Shown here piece by piece: positions 20,518 to 35,313 of a DNA stretch of 64,000 bases. This DNA is from the human T2T-CHM13v2.0 reference genome, Homo sapiens: assembly GCF_009914755.1 (NCBI RefSeq), contig NC_060933.1; one strand, 5' to 3'. Under the pieces are notes generated by a model. The model ran no database searches, was not told the origin of the DNA, and saw only the letters and a program-made list of their open reading frames with translations. The translations under genes and the position numbers were made by a program. Position 1 is the stretch's first letter; each line of letters starts with the position of its first letter.

Positions 20518-22937
20518 CTTCCCCTGCTTTCCACAGGGAGGTCTGTCTTCTCCCGTCTCCTCAAAGGACAGCTTCCCCATCCAGGAAAGAGCTCTGTGTT
20601 CCCGGCGAGGAGGCTCTACCCTCTGGCAGCCTGAGCAGCGCAAGCGGGGCAATGGCCGGTTGGGCGCAGCCGGCGGGCTTTGATAGGGAGCCAGGACCCC
20701 CTGCTGGGAGTTCCCAGGAGGATTGGCTGCGGACACGCCCACAGGGGCAGGCTACCTTGATTAGGTTAGGCGGGTTGGAGGGGTTCCGCTTTCTCCCTGG
20801 GTCCCTGCCGCTCTGTCTCCGGCAAGTGATGAGCAATTTTGCGGAGTGGCAGAACAGAGACAAAGGTAGCTGTGGGCTTCACGGTAATTTCAAAGGAAGT
20901 GCCCTACTTCGTTGCCCATTTCGAAGTCCTCTCTACCTCTGCGTTGGACGATTTCTCCACTTCCTGGTGTGCACCTGCGTGTGTGCGTGCCTGTGTGTGT
21001 GTGTGTGTGTGCGCGCGCGCGCGCGCGCGTGCTGGGGTGTGTGCACACTATGCCGAGAGTCGGGCAAATTTCGAGTGAAGGGAGACCGAGTCCCGCAGGT
21101 TCTCTTGCTCCTGCAGTCTGCGGAGGAAAAACTCCTTTCTGGCACGGCGGCAGGAATCCATCTACCGACGTTAGGAAAGGACAGGGTGTGCTTTCGTCCC
21201 AGCTTAGTTTTCTATGGAGAAACAGGCAGCAGAGGAGAGTGGGCCAGAGGGCCACATTTTGCCCACGACCAGCCAGGTTTGAGTTGGTTCCTCCTAGGCC
21301 TCACGGTCTGATTTTCTCCTCCCCTTTGTGTACCCGACGGGTGTTGCTCTGAGCTCAGGACCATCCCGGCGGGCTGCGGATGGGATCATCGTGTGTGTAT
21401 GGCCACAGCCCTCCGCCTCGCTCGCTCGGTGAGCACGTGAATCAAGGAAGGGGCACACGACTCTAGGCAGGACCCGGCGGGGTGTGGGGAGGAGAAACTC
21501 GGTAAGAGAAGAGAGGGAGAGGGAGACGTGCGAGGCGCAGGCTGTCCCAGGCGAGTCTTAGAAACCGCGTGCGCGGAGACGTCCGCCAGAAAGCAAGCAG
21601 GCGAAAGGAAATGGAACATCCGCAGGGCCGGTGCCGTGGGATCCGGTCACGCCCTGACGGCTTTCGGGGACATCTCAGGCTCGCTGTCTCCGCCTTGGAC
21701 CTGGCGCAGAGAGGAGTGAGGCCTGAGGACAGGGCTGCGTGGCCAGCTGGGTGTGGGAGGTGCCAACACAGTAAGGGCTGGTCAAGGGGTGGCCGGGAGC
21801 GATACGGGGGGGTTGCTCAAGAAATCACCGCTGGAACTGGGATCAAGTCATCCCACTTCTGGACGTATCGCCTAAGGACACGAAATCGGGATGTGGTGCA
21901 AATATGTGTCCTGCTGCGTTGGTTGTCGGCACGCTACCTGTAACCAAGACGTGGAATCGACCTAAGTGCCCATCAGCAGATGACTAGAGAAGGACAAAGG
22001 AGTGGGGTTCGCAGAAGAAACACATCAGGGAAAGGAAAGGAGAGCCGGTCATCTGGGACGTCATGCACGGACCCAAAAGTCATGGTGCCCAGTGAAATCA
22101 GCCAGGCCCATCCGACCCGTATTGCGTGATCTCCTTGGGATGTGGGATGGAAAGCGGTGAGGATCGCGAAAGTAGAGAGGAGAAAGGTGGTTGGCCGGGC
22201 CTGGGGCCGGGGTAGGGGCAGGGAAAAGATGCCCATGCGAGATGTGGGTCAAAGGGCACAAAGTTTCCGAGAGGCAGGTGGAGTGCTTCCTGGATATCCG
22301 TGGCAGGGCAACGTGAGTACGGTGGAGCAGAATGTAAGGTTCTCGTGAATATACCCACGGGAGTAGAGCTGAAAATTCTCCCGACAGGGACAGGGGACGC
22401 ATGTGGGGCGATAAGTGTGTGAATTCGGCCGATTCTAGTGAATTCCCTAATGAAGACGTCACACACGGTAAGTGTGTATCATATTTATTGTCATTCATAC
22501 TTGAAGGCACCGGCGGGGGAAGGAAATAATTAAATCGCAAGACAAAACCTCCAAGAGAGATCACCTCGAAGAGAGTCTAACGTCCGTAGGAACGCTCTCG
22601 GGTTCACAAGGATTGACCGAACCCCAGGATACGTCGCTCTCCATCTGAGGCTTGCTCCAAATGGCCCTCCACTATTCCAGGCACGTGGGTGTCTCCCCTA
22701 ACTCTCCCTGCTCTCCTGAGCCCATGCTGCCTATCACCCATCGGTGCAGGTCCTTTCTGAAGAGCTCGGGTGGATTCTCTCCATCCCACTTCCTTTCCCA
22801 AGAAAGAAGCCACCGTTCCAAGACACCCAATGGGACATTCCCCTTCCACCTCCTTCTCCAAAGTTGCCCAGGTGTTCATCACAGGTTAGGGAGAGAAGCC
22901 CCCAGGTTTCAGTTACAAGGCATAGGACGCTGGCATG

Positions 22938-22984
<47 letters not shown>

Positions 22985-23428
22985 CTCGAAGAGGTAGCCA
23001 CAAGGGTCATTAAACACTTGACGACTGTTTTCCAAAAACGTGGATGCAGTTCATCCACGCCAAAGCCAAGGGTGCAAAGCAAACACGGAATGGTGGAGAG
23101 ATTCCAGAGGCTCACCAAACCCTCTCAGGAATATTTTCCTGACCCTGGGGGCAGAGGTTGGAAACATTGAGGACATTTCTTGGGACACACGGAGAAGCTG
23201 ACCGACCAGGCATTTTCCTTTCCACTGCAAATGACCTATGGCGGGGGCATTTCACTTTCTCCTGCAAATCACCTATGGCGAGGTACCTCCCCAAGCCCCC
23301 ACCCCCACTTCCGCGAATCGGCATGGCTCGGCCTCTATCCGGGTGTCACTCCAGGTAGGCTTCTCAACGCTCTCGGCTCAAAGAAGGACAATCACAGGTC
23401 CAAGCCCAAAGCCCACACCTCTTCCTTT

Positions 23429-24076
23429 TGTTATACCCACAGAAGTTAGAGAAAACGCCACACTTTGAGACAAATTAAGAGTCCTTTATTTAAGCCGGCG
23501 GCCAAAGAGATGGCTAACGCTCAAAATTCTCTGGGCCCCGAGGAAGGGGCTTGACTAACTTCTATACCTTGGTTTAGGAAGGGGAGGGGAACTCAAATGC
23601 GGTAATTCTACAGAAGTAAAAACATGCAGGAATCAAAAGAAGCAAATGGTTATAGAGAGATAAACAGTTTTAAAAGGCAAATGGTTACAAAAGGCAACGG
23701 TACCAGGTGCGGGGCTCTAAATCCTTCATGACACTTAGATATAGGTGCTATGCTGGACACGAACTCAAGGCTTTATGTTGTTATCTCTTCGAGAAAAATC
23801 CTGGGAACTTCATGCACTGTTTGTGCCAGTATCTTATCAGTTGATTGGGCTCCCTTGAAATGCTGAGTATCTGCTTACACAGGTCAACTCCTTGCGGAAG
23901 GGGGTTGGGTAAGGAGCCCTTCGTGTCTCGTAAATTAAGGGGTCGATTGGAGTTTGTCCAGCATTCCCAGCTACAGAGAGCCTTATTTACATGAGAAGCA
24001 AGGCTAGGTGATTAAAGAGACCAACAGGGAAGATTCAAAGTAGCGACTTAGAGTAAAAACAAGGTTAGGCATTTCA
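23429..24076 (-). mobile_element. ERV1-class solo LTR, monomer 5
   Basis: Copy of 1699-2346. Confidence 0.9.
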
Positions 24077-24445
24077 CTTTCCCAGAGAACGCGCAAACAT
24101 TCAATGGGAGAGAGGTCCCGAGTCGTCAAAGTCCCAGATGTGGCGAGCCCCCGGGAGGAAAAACCGTGTCTTCCTTAGGATGCCCGGAACAAGAGCTAGG
24201 CTTCCGGAGCTAGGCAGCCATCTATGTCCGTGAGCCGGCGGGAGGGAGACCGCCGGGAGGCGAAGTGGGGCGGGGCCATCCTTCTTTCTGCTCTGCTGCT
24301 GCCGGGGAGCTCCTGGCTGGCGTCCAAGCGGCAGGAGGCCGCCGTCCTGCAGGGCGCCGTAGAGTTTGCGGTGCAGAGTCGGGATCGCCTCTGGGGCAGA
24401 GGGTTCGAGCTTTTCCAAGGCGAGGGTGCTGGCTCCCGTGCGCAC

Positions 24446-25947
24446 CTAAGGCCCCCCAGGAGCGGGCGCAAAGGGCGGCGGGCCCGCGGGCCAGGGCCCC
24501 GCAGCCAGCAGGCTGTCGAGCGTGGCCAGCGCCCAGTGCAGGGCGGCCCCGGCGTGCGCCAGCTGCCAGGTGAGCCAGGCGCGCTGCGAGGCGCTGGGCT
24601 GCGTGCCGCCGGCGGGCCCCGGGAGGAAGGCGCCCCCCGGGGCCCGAAGCTCGCCCAGGGCCACGTCCAGCCCGCCCAGGTGGTTGACGACTCGCGAGAG
24701 CGGGCACGGGAGGGAGACCCAGGCTTCTGGGGAGTGGCGTCGGCGGCGCTTTGGGGAGGTGGGTCGCTCCTCCCGGACGTCAACGCGGCGTTGCGGGCCG
24801 CTCGTCCTCCCTGGCGATCTAGGCCGGTGCTTTGGCTCCTCCAGGCGCCTCGGGCTGGGAACAGAACCTGCGCGGGAGACAGAGCGGGAGGTGTCAGAGG
24901 GACTGCGCGCAGCGCTAGGGGACCCATTTCCAAGGTCCCGAAGCCGCTCCCGACCCCGCCTCCCCCTGCCCTCCATCCCCCACCCCTCCGCGGCTCGCCT
25001 CCGCGCCCCATCCTCTCGGCCCCTCCCTGCATCCTGGGGACTCCGGTGCCCCGTCCGGGGTGCCCTCCCCTCCGCCCGTTCAAACTTGAAGCACATCTCA
25101 TCTGGGGCCACCGGGGGCCCGGGTTCCTGGCGCACTGAGGGCTTCCTCGGCCCCCTCGGGGCCCCCCACTCCCCGCTCCCCTTCCCGGGGCCCTGCGCCC
25201 TCCTCCCCACCCCTCCAAGCTCCCAGCCCCTAAACCTGCCTCCTCTGCGCTCGTGGGGGCGTCGTGCTCTGCCGGACTCGGGCTTGTCGTGGCCTCGCTC
25301 TCCGGCTGGGGCTGGTCGTGGCTTGACCTTCCGCCCTCGGTTTCCGGTTTCTCTGCCGGGACTGCGAGGGGAGCCGTCGGGGCTTCTCCACCGTTTGTGC
25401 CTGGACGCAGAGGCCTCCCGGCTGTGCCCGCTGGAAGCTGCGGGGGAAGAGGAGGTCGACAGTGAGTGGGCCATGACCCGTCCGTAGACGGCTGCGGGAG
25501 GGTTGCAAGGGCCAAGCTCCCAGAGTGACTTCAAGGCAGGAATGGCTCTGCTCCCAGGTGTCCCCCACCCCCTCCTCTTTCTCCAGCTGCCCAAGACCTC
25601 CAGGCCCCACTCCCCTGGTCCCTTCCTGTCTCCTGACTCTGGCTGTTCCCCAGCTGCCTGGCACCCTCCAGCAAACCCTCCTCCGCGGGCGCACCCAGAG
25701 GATGGCCCAGCTGGCGGAGCCACCCAGCACACAAAAAGTCTGCCTTTCTTTGACCTTAGGTTTCCCCACCACCTGCCGGATCAGGGCCCGTGGGGCGGGG
25801 GCCGCTGCCTTTGTCACCCCAGCTCTAACTCTCCTGCCTCCCTGGCCCCTGCCACCCCCTCCACACACCAATCCGCACAGACGAGACACTCGACCCTCAC
25901 TCACCTCGTCCTCTCTCAGAGCCCTCCCGGTTCTTGCGGGTCTCCAT
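24446..25947 (-). CDS. Predicted 3-exon gene, copy 5
   Basis: Same signals at offset +21730; ORF intact. Confidence 0.58.
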
Positions 25948-28363
25948 CTTCCCCTGCTTTCCACAGGGAGGTCTGTCTTCTCCCGTCTCCTCAAAGGACA
26001 GCTTCCCCATCCAGGAAAGAGCTCTGTGTTCCCGGCGAGGAGGCTCTACCCTCTGGCAGCCTGAGCAGCGCAAGCGGGGCAATGGCCGGTTGGGCGCAGC
26101 CGGCGGGCTTTGATAGGGAGCCAGGACCCCCTGCTGGGAGTTCCCAGGAGGATTGGCTGCGGACACGCCCACAGGGGCAGGCTACCTTGATTAGGTTAGG
26201 CGGGTTGGAGGGGTTCCGCTTTCTCCCTGGGTCCCTGCCGCTCTGTCTCCGGCAAGTGATGAGCAATTTTGCGGAGTGGCAGAACAGAGACAAAGGTAGC
26301 TGTGGGCTTCACGGTAATTTCAAAGGAAGTGCCCTACTTCGTTGCCCATTTCGAAGTCCTCTCTACCTCTGCGTTGGACGATTTCTCCACTTCCTGGTGT
26401 GCACCTGCGTGTGTGCGTGCCTGTGTGTGTGTGTGTGTGTGTGCGCGCGCGCGCGTGCTGGGGTGTGTGCACACTATGCCGAGAGTCGGGCAAATTTCGA
26501 GTGAAGGGAGACCGAGTCCCGCAGGTTCTCTTGCTCCTGCAGTCTGCGGAGGAAAAACTCCTTTCTGGCACGGCGGCAGGAATCCATCTACCGACGTTAG
26601 GAAAGGACAGGGTGTGCTTTCGTCCCAGCTTAGTTTTCTATGGAGAAACAGGCAGCAGAGGAGAGTGGGCCAGAGGGCCACATTTTGCCCACGACCAGCC
26701 AGGTTTGAGTTGGTTCCTCCTAGGCCTCACGGTCTGATTTTCTCCTCCCCTTTGTGTACCCGACGGGTGTTGCTCTGAGCTCAGGACCATCCCGGCGGGC
26801 TGCGGATGGGATCATCGTGTGTGTATGGCCACAGCCCTCCGCCTCGCTCGCTCGGTGAGCACGTGAATCAAGGAAGGGGCACACGACTCTAGGCAGGACC
26901 CGGCGGGGTGTGGGGAGGAGAAACTCGGTAAGAGAAGAGAGGGAGAGGGAGACGTGCGAGGCGCAGGCTGTCCCAGGCGAGTCTTAGAAACCGCGTGCGC
27001 GGAGACGTCCGCCAGAAAGCAAGCAGGCGAAAGGAAATGGAACATCCGCAGGGCCGGTGCCGTGGGATCCGGTCACGCCCTGACGGCTTTCGGGGACATC
27101 TCAGGCTCGCTGTCTCCGCCTTGGACCTGGCGCAGAGAGGAGTGAGGCCTGAGGACAGGGCTGCGTGGCCAGCTGGGTGTGGGAGGTGCCAACACAGTAA
27201 GGGCTGGTCAAGGGGTGGCCGGGAGCGATACGGGGGGGTTGCTCAAGAAATCACCGCTGGAACTGGGATCAAGTCATCCCACTTCTGGACGTATCGCCTA
27301 AGGACACGAAATCGGGATGTGGTGCAAATATGTGTCCTGCTGCGTTGGTTGTCGGCACGCTACCTGTAACCAAGACGTGGAATCGACCTAAGTGCCCATC
27401 AGCAGATGACTAGAGAAGGACAAAGGAGTGGGGTTCGCAGAAGAAACACATCAGGGAAAGGAAAGGAGAGCCGGTCATCTGGGACGTCATGCACGGACCC
27501 AAAAGTCATGGTGCCCAGTGAAATCAGCCAGGCCCATCCGACCCGTATTGCGTGATCTCCTTGGGATGTGGGATGGAAAGCGGTGAGGATCGCGAAAGTA
27601 GAGAGGAGAAAGGTGGTTGGCCGGGCCTGGGGCCGGGGTAGGGGCAGGGAAAAGATGCCCATGCGAGATGTGGGTCAAAGGGCACAAAGTTTCCGAGAGG
27701 CAGGTGGAGTGCTTCCTGGATATCCGTGGCAGGGCAACGTGAGTACGGTGGAGCAGAATGTAAGGTTCTCGTGAATATACCCACGGGAGTAGAGCTGAAA
27801 ATTCTCCCGACAGGGACAGGGGACGCATGTGGGGCGATAAGTGTGTGAATTCGGCCGATTCTAGTGAATTCCCTAATGAAGACGTCACACACGGTAAGTG
27901 TGTATCATATTTATTGTCATTCATACTTGAAGGCACCGGCGGGGGAAGGAAATAATTAAATCGCAAGACAAAACCTCCAAGAGAGATCACCTCGAAGAGA
28001 GTCTAACGTCCGTAGGAACGCTCTCGGGTTCACAAGGATTGACCGAACCCCAGGATACGTCGCTCTCCATCTGAGGCTTGCTCCAAATGGCCCTCCACTA
28101 TTCCAGGCACGTGGGTGTCTCCCCTAACTCTCCCTGCTCTCCTGAGCCCATGCTGCCTATCACCCATCGGTGCAGGTCCTTTCTGAAGAGCTCGGGTGGA
28201 TTCTCTCCATCCCACTTCCTTTCCCAAGAAAGAAGCCACCGTTCCAAGACACCCAATGGGACATTCCCCTTCCACCTCCTTCTCCAAAGTTGCCCAGGTG
28301 TTCATCACAGGTTAGGGAGAGAAGCCCCCAGGTTTCAGTTACAAGGCATAGGACGCTGGCATG

Positions 28364-28404
<41 letters not shown>

Positions 28405-28848
28405 CTCGAAGAGGTAGCCACAAGGGTCATTAAACACTTGACGACTGTTTTCCAAAAACGTGGATGCAGTTCATCCACGCCAAAGCCAAGGGTGCAAAGC
28501 AAACACGGAATGGTGGAGAGATTCCAGAGGCTCACCAAACCCTCTCAGGAATATTTTCCTGACCCTGGGGGCAGAGGTTGGAAACATTGAGGACATTTCT
28601 TGGGACACACGGAGAAGCTGACCGACCAGGCATTTTCCTTTCCACTGCAAATGACCTATGGCGGGGGCATTTCACTTTCCCCTGCAAATCACCTATGGCG
28701 AGGTACCTCCCCAAGCCCCCACCCCCACTTCCGCGAATCGGCATGGCTCGGCCTCTATCCGGGTGTCACTCCAGGTAGGCTTCTCAACGCTCTCGGCTCA
28801 AAGAAGGACAATCACAGGTCCAAGCCCAAAGCCCACACCTCTTCCTTT

Positions 28849-29496
28849 TGTTATACCCACAGAAGTTAGAGAAAACGCCACACTTTGAGACAAATTAAGA
28901 GTCCTTTATTTAAGCCGGCGGCCAAAGAGATGGCTAACGCTCAAAATTCTCTGGGCCCCGAGGAAGGGGCTTGACTAACTTCTATACCTTGGTTTAGGAA
29001 GGGGAGGGGAACTCAAATGCGGTAATTCTACAGAAGTAAAAACATGCAGGAATCAAAAGAAGCAAATGGTTATAGAGAGATAAACAGTTTTAAAAGGCAA
29101 ATGGTTACAAAAGGCAACGGTACCAGGTGCGGGGCTCTAAATCCTTCATGACACTTAGATATAGGTGCTATGCTGGACACGAACTCAAGGCTTTATGTTG
29201 TTATCTCTTCGAGAAAAATCCTGGGAACTTCATGCACTGTTTGTGCCAGTATCTTATCAGTTGATTGGGCTCCCTTGAAATGCTGAGTATCTGCTTACAC
29301 AGGTCAACTCCTTGCGGAAGGGGGTTGGGTAAGGAGCCCTTCGTGTCTCGTAAATTAAGGGGTCGATTGGAGTTTGTCCAGCATTCCCAGCTACAGAGAG
29401 CCTTATTTACATGAGAAGCAAGGCTAGGTGATTAAAGAGACCAACAGGGAAGATTCAAAGTAGCGACTTAGAGTAAAAACAAGGTTAGGCATTTCA
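28849..29496 (-). mobile_element. ERV1-class solo LTR, monomer 6
   Basis: Copy of 1699-2346. Confidence 0.9.
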
Positions 29497-29865
29497 CTTT
29501 CCCAGAGAACGCGCAAACATTCAATGGGAGAGAGGTCCCGAGTCGTCAAAGTCCCAGATGTGGCGAGCCCCCGGGAGGAAAAACCGTGTCTTCCTTAGGA
29601 TGCCCGGAACAAGAGCTAGGCTTCCGGAGCTAGGCAGCCATCTATGTCCGTGAGCCGGCGGGAGGGAGACCGCCGGGAGGCGAAGTGGGGCGGGGCCATC
29701 CTTCTTTCTGCTCTGCTGCTGCCGGGGAGCTCCTGGCTGGCGTCCAAGCGGCAGGAGGCCGCCGTCCTGCAGGGCGCCGTAGAGTTAGCGGTGCAGAGTC
29801 GGGATCGCCTCTGGGGCAGAGGGTTCGAGCTTTTCCAAGGCGAGGGTGCTGGCTCCCGTGCGCAC

Positions 29866-31367
29866 CTAAGGGCCCCCAGGAGCGGGCGCAAAGGGCGGCG
29901 GGCCCGCGGGCCAGGGCCCCGCAGCCAGCAGGCTGTCGAGCGTGGCCAGCGCCCAGTGCAGGGCGGCCCCGGCGTGCGCCAGCTGCCAGGTGAGCCAGGC
30001 GCGCTGCGAGGCGCTGGGCTGCGTGCCGCCGGCGGGCCCCGGGAGGAAGGCGCCCCCCGGGGCCCGAAGCTCGCCCAGGGCCACGTCCAGCCCGCCCAGG
30101 TGGTTGACGACTCGCGAGAGCGGGCACGGGAGGGAGACCCAGGCTTCTGGGGAGTGGCGTCGGCGGCGCTTTGGGGAGGTGGGTCGCTCCTCCCGGACGT
30201 CAACGCGGCGTTGCGGGCCGCTCGTCCTCCCTGGCGATCTAGGCCGGTGCTTTGGCTCCTCCAGGCGCCTCGGGCTGGGAACAGAACCTGCGCGGGAGAC
30301 AGAGCGGGAGGTGTCAGAGGGACTGCGCGCAGCGCTAGGGGACCCATTTCCAAGGTCCCGAAGCCGCTCCCGACCCCGCCTCCCCCTGCCCTCCATCCCC
30401 CACCCCTCCGCGGCTCGCCTCCGCGCCCCATCCTCTCGGCCCCTCCCTGCATCCTGGGGACTCCGGTGCCCCGTCCGGGGTGCCCTCCCCTCCGCCCGTT
30501 CAAACTTGAAGCACATCTCATCTGGGGCCACCGGGGGCCCGGGTTCCTGGCGCACTGAGGGCTTCCTCGGCCCCCTCGGGGCCCCCCACTCCCCGCTCCC
30601 CTTCCCGGGGCCCTGCGCCCTCCTCCCCACCCCTCCAAGCTCCCAGCCCCTAAACCTGCCTCCTCTGCGCTCGTGGGGGCGTCGTGCTCTGCCGGACTCG
30701 GGCTTGTCGTGGCCTCGCTCTCCGGCTGGGGCTGGTCGTGGCTTGACCTTCCGCCCTCGGTTTCCGGTTTCTCTGCCGGGACTGCGAGGGGAGCCGTCGG
30801 GGCTTCTCCACCGTTTGTGCCTGGACGCAGAGGCCTCCCGGCTGTGCCCGCTGGAAGCTGCGGGGGAAGAGGAGGTCGACAGTGAGTGGGCCATGACCCG
30901 TCCGTAGACGGCTGCGGGAGGGTTGCAAGGGCCAAGCTCCCAGAGTGACTTCAAGGCAGGAATGGCTCTGCTCCCAGGTGTCCCCCACCCCCTCCTCTTT
31001 CTCCAGCTGCCCAAGACCTCCAGGCCCCACTCCCCTGGTCCCTTCTTGTCTCCTCACTCTGGCTGTTCCCCAGCTGCCTGGCACCCTCCAGCAAACCCTC
31101 CTCCGCGGGCGCACCCAGAGGATGGCCCAGCTGGCGGAGCCACCCAGCACACAAAAAGTCTGCCTTTCTTTGACCTTAGGTTTCCCCACCACCTGCCGGA
31201 TCAGGGCCCGTGGGGCGGGGGCCGCTGCCTTTGTCACCCCAGCTCTAACTCTCCTGCCTCCCTGGCCCCTGCCACCCCCTCCACACACCAATCCGCACAG
31301 ACGAGACACTCGACCCTCACTCACCTCGTCCTCTCTCAGAGCCCTCCCGGGTCTTGCGTGTCTCCAT
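29866..31367 (-). CDS. Predicted 3-exon gene, copy 6
   Basis: Same signals at offset +27150; ORF intact. Confidence 0.58.
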
Positions 31368-31842
31368 CTTCCCCTGCTTTCCACAGGGAGGTCTGTCTTC
31401 TCCCGTCTCCTCAAAGGACAGCTTCCCCATCCAGGAAAGAGCTCTGTGTTCCCGGCGAGGAGGCTCTACCCTCTGGCAGCCTGAGCAGCGCAAGCGGGGC
31501 AATGGCCGGTTGGGCGCAGCCGGCGGGCTTTGATAGGGAGCCAGGACCCCCTGCTGGGAGTTCCCAGGAGGATTGGCTGCGGAAACGCCCACAGGGGCAG
31601 GCTACCTTGATTAGGTTAGGCGGGTTGGAGGGGTTCCGCTTTCTCCCTGGGTCCCTGCCGCTCTGTCTCCGGCAAGTGATGAGCAATTTTGCGGAGTGGC
31701 AGAACAGAGACAAAGGTAGCTGTGGGCTTCACGGTAATTTCAAAGGAAGTGCCCTACTTTGTTGCCCATTTCGAAGGCCTCTCTACCTCTGCGTTGGACG
31801 ATTTCTCCACTTCCTGGTGTGCACCTGCGTGTGTGCGTGCCT

Positions 31843-31873
<31 letters not shown>

Positions 31874-33807
31874 CGCGCGTGCTGGGGTGTGTGCACACTA
31901 TGCCGAGAGTCGGGCAAATTTCGAGTGAAGGGAGACCGAGTCCCGCAGGTTCTCTTGCTCCTGCAGTCTGCGGAGGAAAAACTCCTTTCTGGCACGGCGG
32001 CAGGAATCCATCTACCGACGTTAGGAAAGGACAGGGTGTGCTTTCGTCCCAGCTTAGTTTTCTATGGAGAAACAGGCAGCAGAGGAGAGTGGGCCAGAGG
32101 GCCACATTTTGCCCACGACCAGCCAGGTTTGAGTTGGTTCCTCCTAGGCCTCACGGTCTGATTTTCTCCTCCCCTTTGTGTACCCGACGGGTGTTGCTGT
32201 GAGCTCAGGACCATCCCGGCGGGCTGCGGATGGGATCATCGTGTGTGTATGGCCACAGCCCTCCGCCTCGCTCGCTCGGTGAGCACGTGAATCAAGGAAG
32301 GGGCACACGACTCTAGGCAGGACCCGGCGGGGTGTGGGGAGGAGAAACTCGGTAAGAGAAGAGAGGGAGAGGGAGACGTGCGAGGCGCAGGCTGTCCCAG
32401 GCGAGTCTTAGAAACCGCGTGCGCGGAGACGTCCGCCAGAAAGCAAGCAGGCGAAAGGAAATGGAACATCCGCAGGGCCGGTGCCGTGGGATCCGGTCAC
32501 GCCCTGACGGCTTTCGGGGACATCTCAGGCTCGCTGTCTCCGCCTTGGACCTGGCGCAGAGAGGAGTGAGGCCTGAGGACAGGGCTGCGTGGCCAGCTGG
32601 GTGTGGGAGGTGCCAACACAGTAAGGGCTGGTCAAGGGGTGGCCGGGAGCGATACGGGGGGGTTGCTCAAGAAATCACCGCTGGAACTGGGATTCCAGTC
32701 CAGTGGGATACGTCCAGTCATCCCACTTCTGGACGTATCGCCTAAGGACACGAAATCGGGATGTGGTGCAAATATGTGTCCTGCTGCGTTGGTTGTCGGC
32801 ACGCTACCTGTAACCAAGACGTGGAATCGACCTAAGTGCCCATCAGCAGATGACTAGAGAAGGACAAAGGAGTGGGGTTCGCAGAAGAAACACATCAGGG
32901 AAAGGAAAGGAGAGCCGGTCATCTGGGACGTCATGCACGGACCCAAAAGTCATGGTGCCCAGTGAAATCAGCCAGGCCCATCCGACCCGTATTGCGTGAT
33001 CTCCTTGGGATGTGGGATGGAAAGCGGTGAGGATCGCGAAAGTAGAGAGGAGAAAGGTGGTTGGCCGGGCCTGGGGCCGGGGTAGGGGCAGGGAAAAGAT
33101 GCCCATGCGAGATGTGGGTCAAAGGGCACAAAGTTTCCGAGAGGCAGGTGGAGTGCTTCCTGGATATCCGTGGCAGGGCAACGTGAGTACGGTGGAGCAG
33201 AATGTAAGGTTCTCGTGAATATACCCACGGGAGTAGAGCTGAAAATTCTCCCGACAGGGACAGGGGACGCATGTGGGGCGATAAGTGTGTGAATTCGGCC
33301 GATTCTAGTGAATTCCCTAATGAAGACGTCACACACGGTAAGTGTGTATCATATTTATTGTCATTCATACTTGAAGGCACCGGCGGGGGAAGGAAATAAT
33401 TAAATCGCAAGACAAAACCTCCAAGAGAGATCACCTCGAAGAGAGTCTAACGTCCGTAGGAACGCTCTCGGGTTCACAAGGATTGACCGAACCCCAGGAT
33501 ACGTCGCTCTCCATCTGAGGCTTGCTCCAAATGGCCCTCCACTATTCCAGGCACGTGGGTGTCTCCCCTAACTCTCCCTGCTCTCCTGAGCCCATGCTGC
33601 CTATCACCCATCGGTGCAGGTCCTTTCTGAAGAGCTCGGGTGGATTCTCTCCATCCCACTTCCTTTCCCAAGAAAGAAGCCACCGTTCCAAGACACCCAA
33701 TGGGACATTCCCCTTCCACCTCCTTCTCCAAAGTTGCCCAGGTGTTCATCACAGGTTAGGGAGAGAAGCCCCCAGGTTTCAGTTACAAGGCATAGGACGC
33801 TGGCATG

Positions 33808-33852
<45 letters not shown>

Positions 33853-34296
33853 CTCGAAGAGGTAGCCACAAGGGTCATTAAACACTTGACGACTGTTTTC
33901 CAAAAACGTGGATGCAGTTCATCCACGCCAAAGCCAAGGGTGCAAAGCAAACACGGAATGGTTGAGAGATTCCAGAGGCTCACCAAACCCTCTCAGGAAT
34001 ATTTTCCTGACCCTGGGGGCAGAGGTTGGAAACATTGAGGACATTTCTTGGGACACACGGAGAAGCTGACCGACCAGGCATTTTCCTTTCCACTGCAAAT
34101 GACCTATGGCGGGGGCATTTCACTTTCCCCTGCAAATCACCTATGGCGAGGTACCTCCCCAAGCCCCCACCCCCACTTCCGCGAATCGGCATGGCTCGGC
34201 CTCTATCCGGGTGTCACTCCAGGTAGGCTTCTCAACGCTCTCGGCTCAAAGAAGGACAATCACAGGTCCAAGCCCAAAGCCCACACCTCTTCCTTT

Positions 34297-34944
34297 TGTT
34301 ATACCCACAGAAGTTAGAGAAAACGCCACACTTTGAGACAAATTAAGAGTCCTTTATTTAAGCCGGCGGCCAAAGAGATGGCTAACGCTCAAAATTCTCT
34401 GGGCCCCGAGGAAGGGGCTTGACTAACTTCTATACCTTGGTTTAGGAAGGGGAGGGGAACTCAAATGCGGTAATTCTACAGAAGTAAAAACATGCAGGAA
34501 TCAAAAGAAGCAAATGGTTATAGAGAGATAAACAGTTTTAAAAGGCAAATGGTTACAAAAGGCAACGGTACCAGGTGCGGGGCTCTAAATCCTTCATGAC
34601 ACTTAGATATAGGTGCTATGCTGGACACGAACTCAAGGCTTTATGTTGTTATCTCTTCGAGAAAAATCCTGGGAACTTCATGCACTGTTTGTGCCAGTAT
34701 CTTATCAGTTGATTGGGCTCCCTTGAAATGCTGAGTATCTGCTTACACAGGTCAACTCCTTGCGGAAGGGGGTTGGGTAAGGAGCCCTTCGTGTCTCGTA
34801 AATTAAGGGGTCGATTGGAGTTTGTCCAGCATTCCCAGCTACAGAGAGCCTTATTTACATGAGAAGCAAGGCTAGGTGATTAAAGAGACCAACAGGGAAG
34901 ATTCAAAGTAGCGACTTAGAGTAAAAACAAGGTTAGGCATTTCA
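34297..34944 (-). mobile_element. ERV1-class solo LTR, monomer 7
   Basis: Copy of 1699-2346. Confidence 0.9.
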
Positions 34945-35313
34945 CTTTCCCAGAGAACGCGCAAACATTCAATGGGAGAGAGGTCCCGAGTCGTCAAAGT
35001 CCCAGATGTGGCGAGCCCCCGGGAGGAAAAACCGTGTCTTCCTTAGGATGCCCGGAACAAGAGCTAGGCTTCCGGAGCTAGGCAGCCATCTATGTCCGTG
35101 AGCCGGCGGGAGGGAGACCGCCGGGAGGCGAAGTGGGGCGGGGCCATCCTTCTTTCTGCTCTGCTGCTGCCGGGGAGCTCCTGGCTGGCGTCCAAGCGGC
35201 AGGAGGCCGCCGTCCTGCAGGGCGCCGTAGAGTTAGCGGTGCAGAGTCGGGATCGCCTCTGGGGCAGAGGGTTCGAGCTTTTCCAAGGCGAGGGTGCTGG
35301 CTCCCGTGCGCAC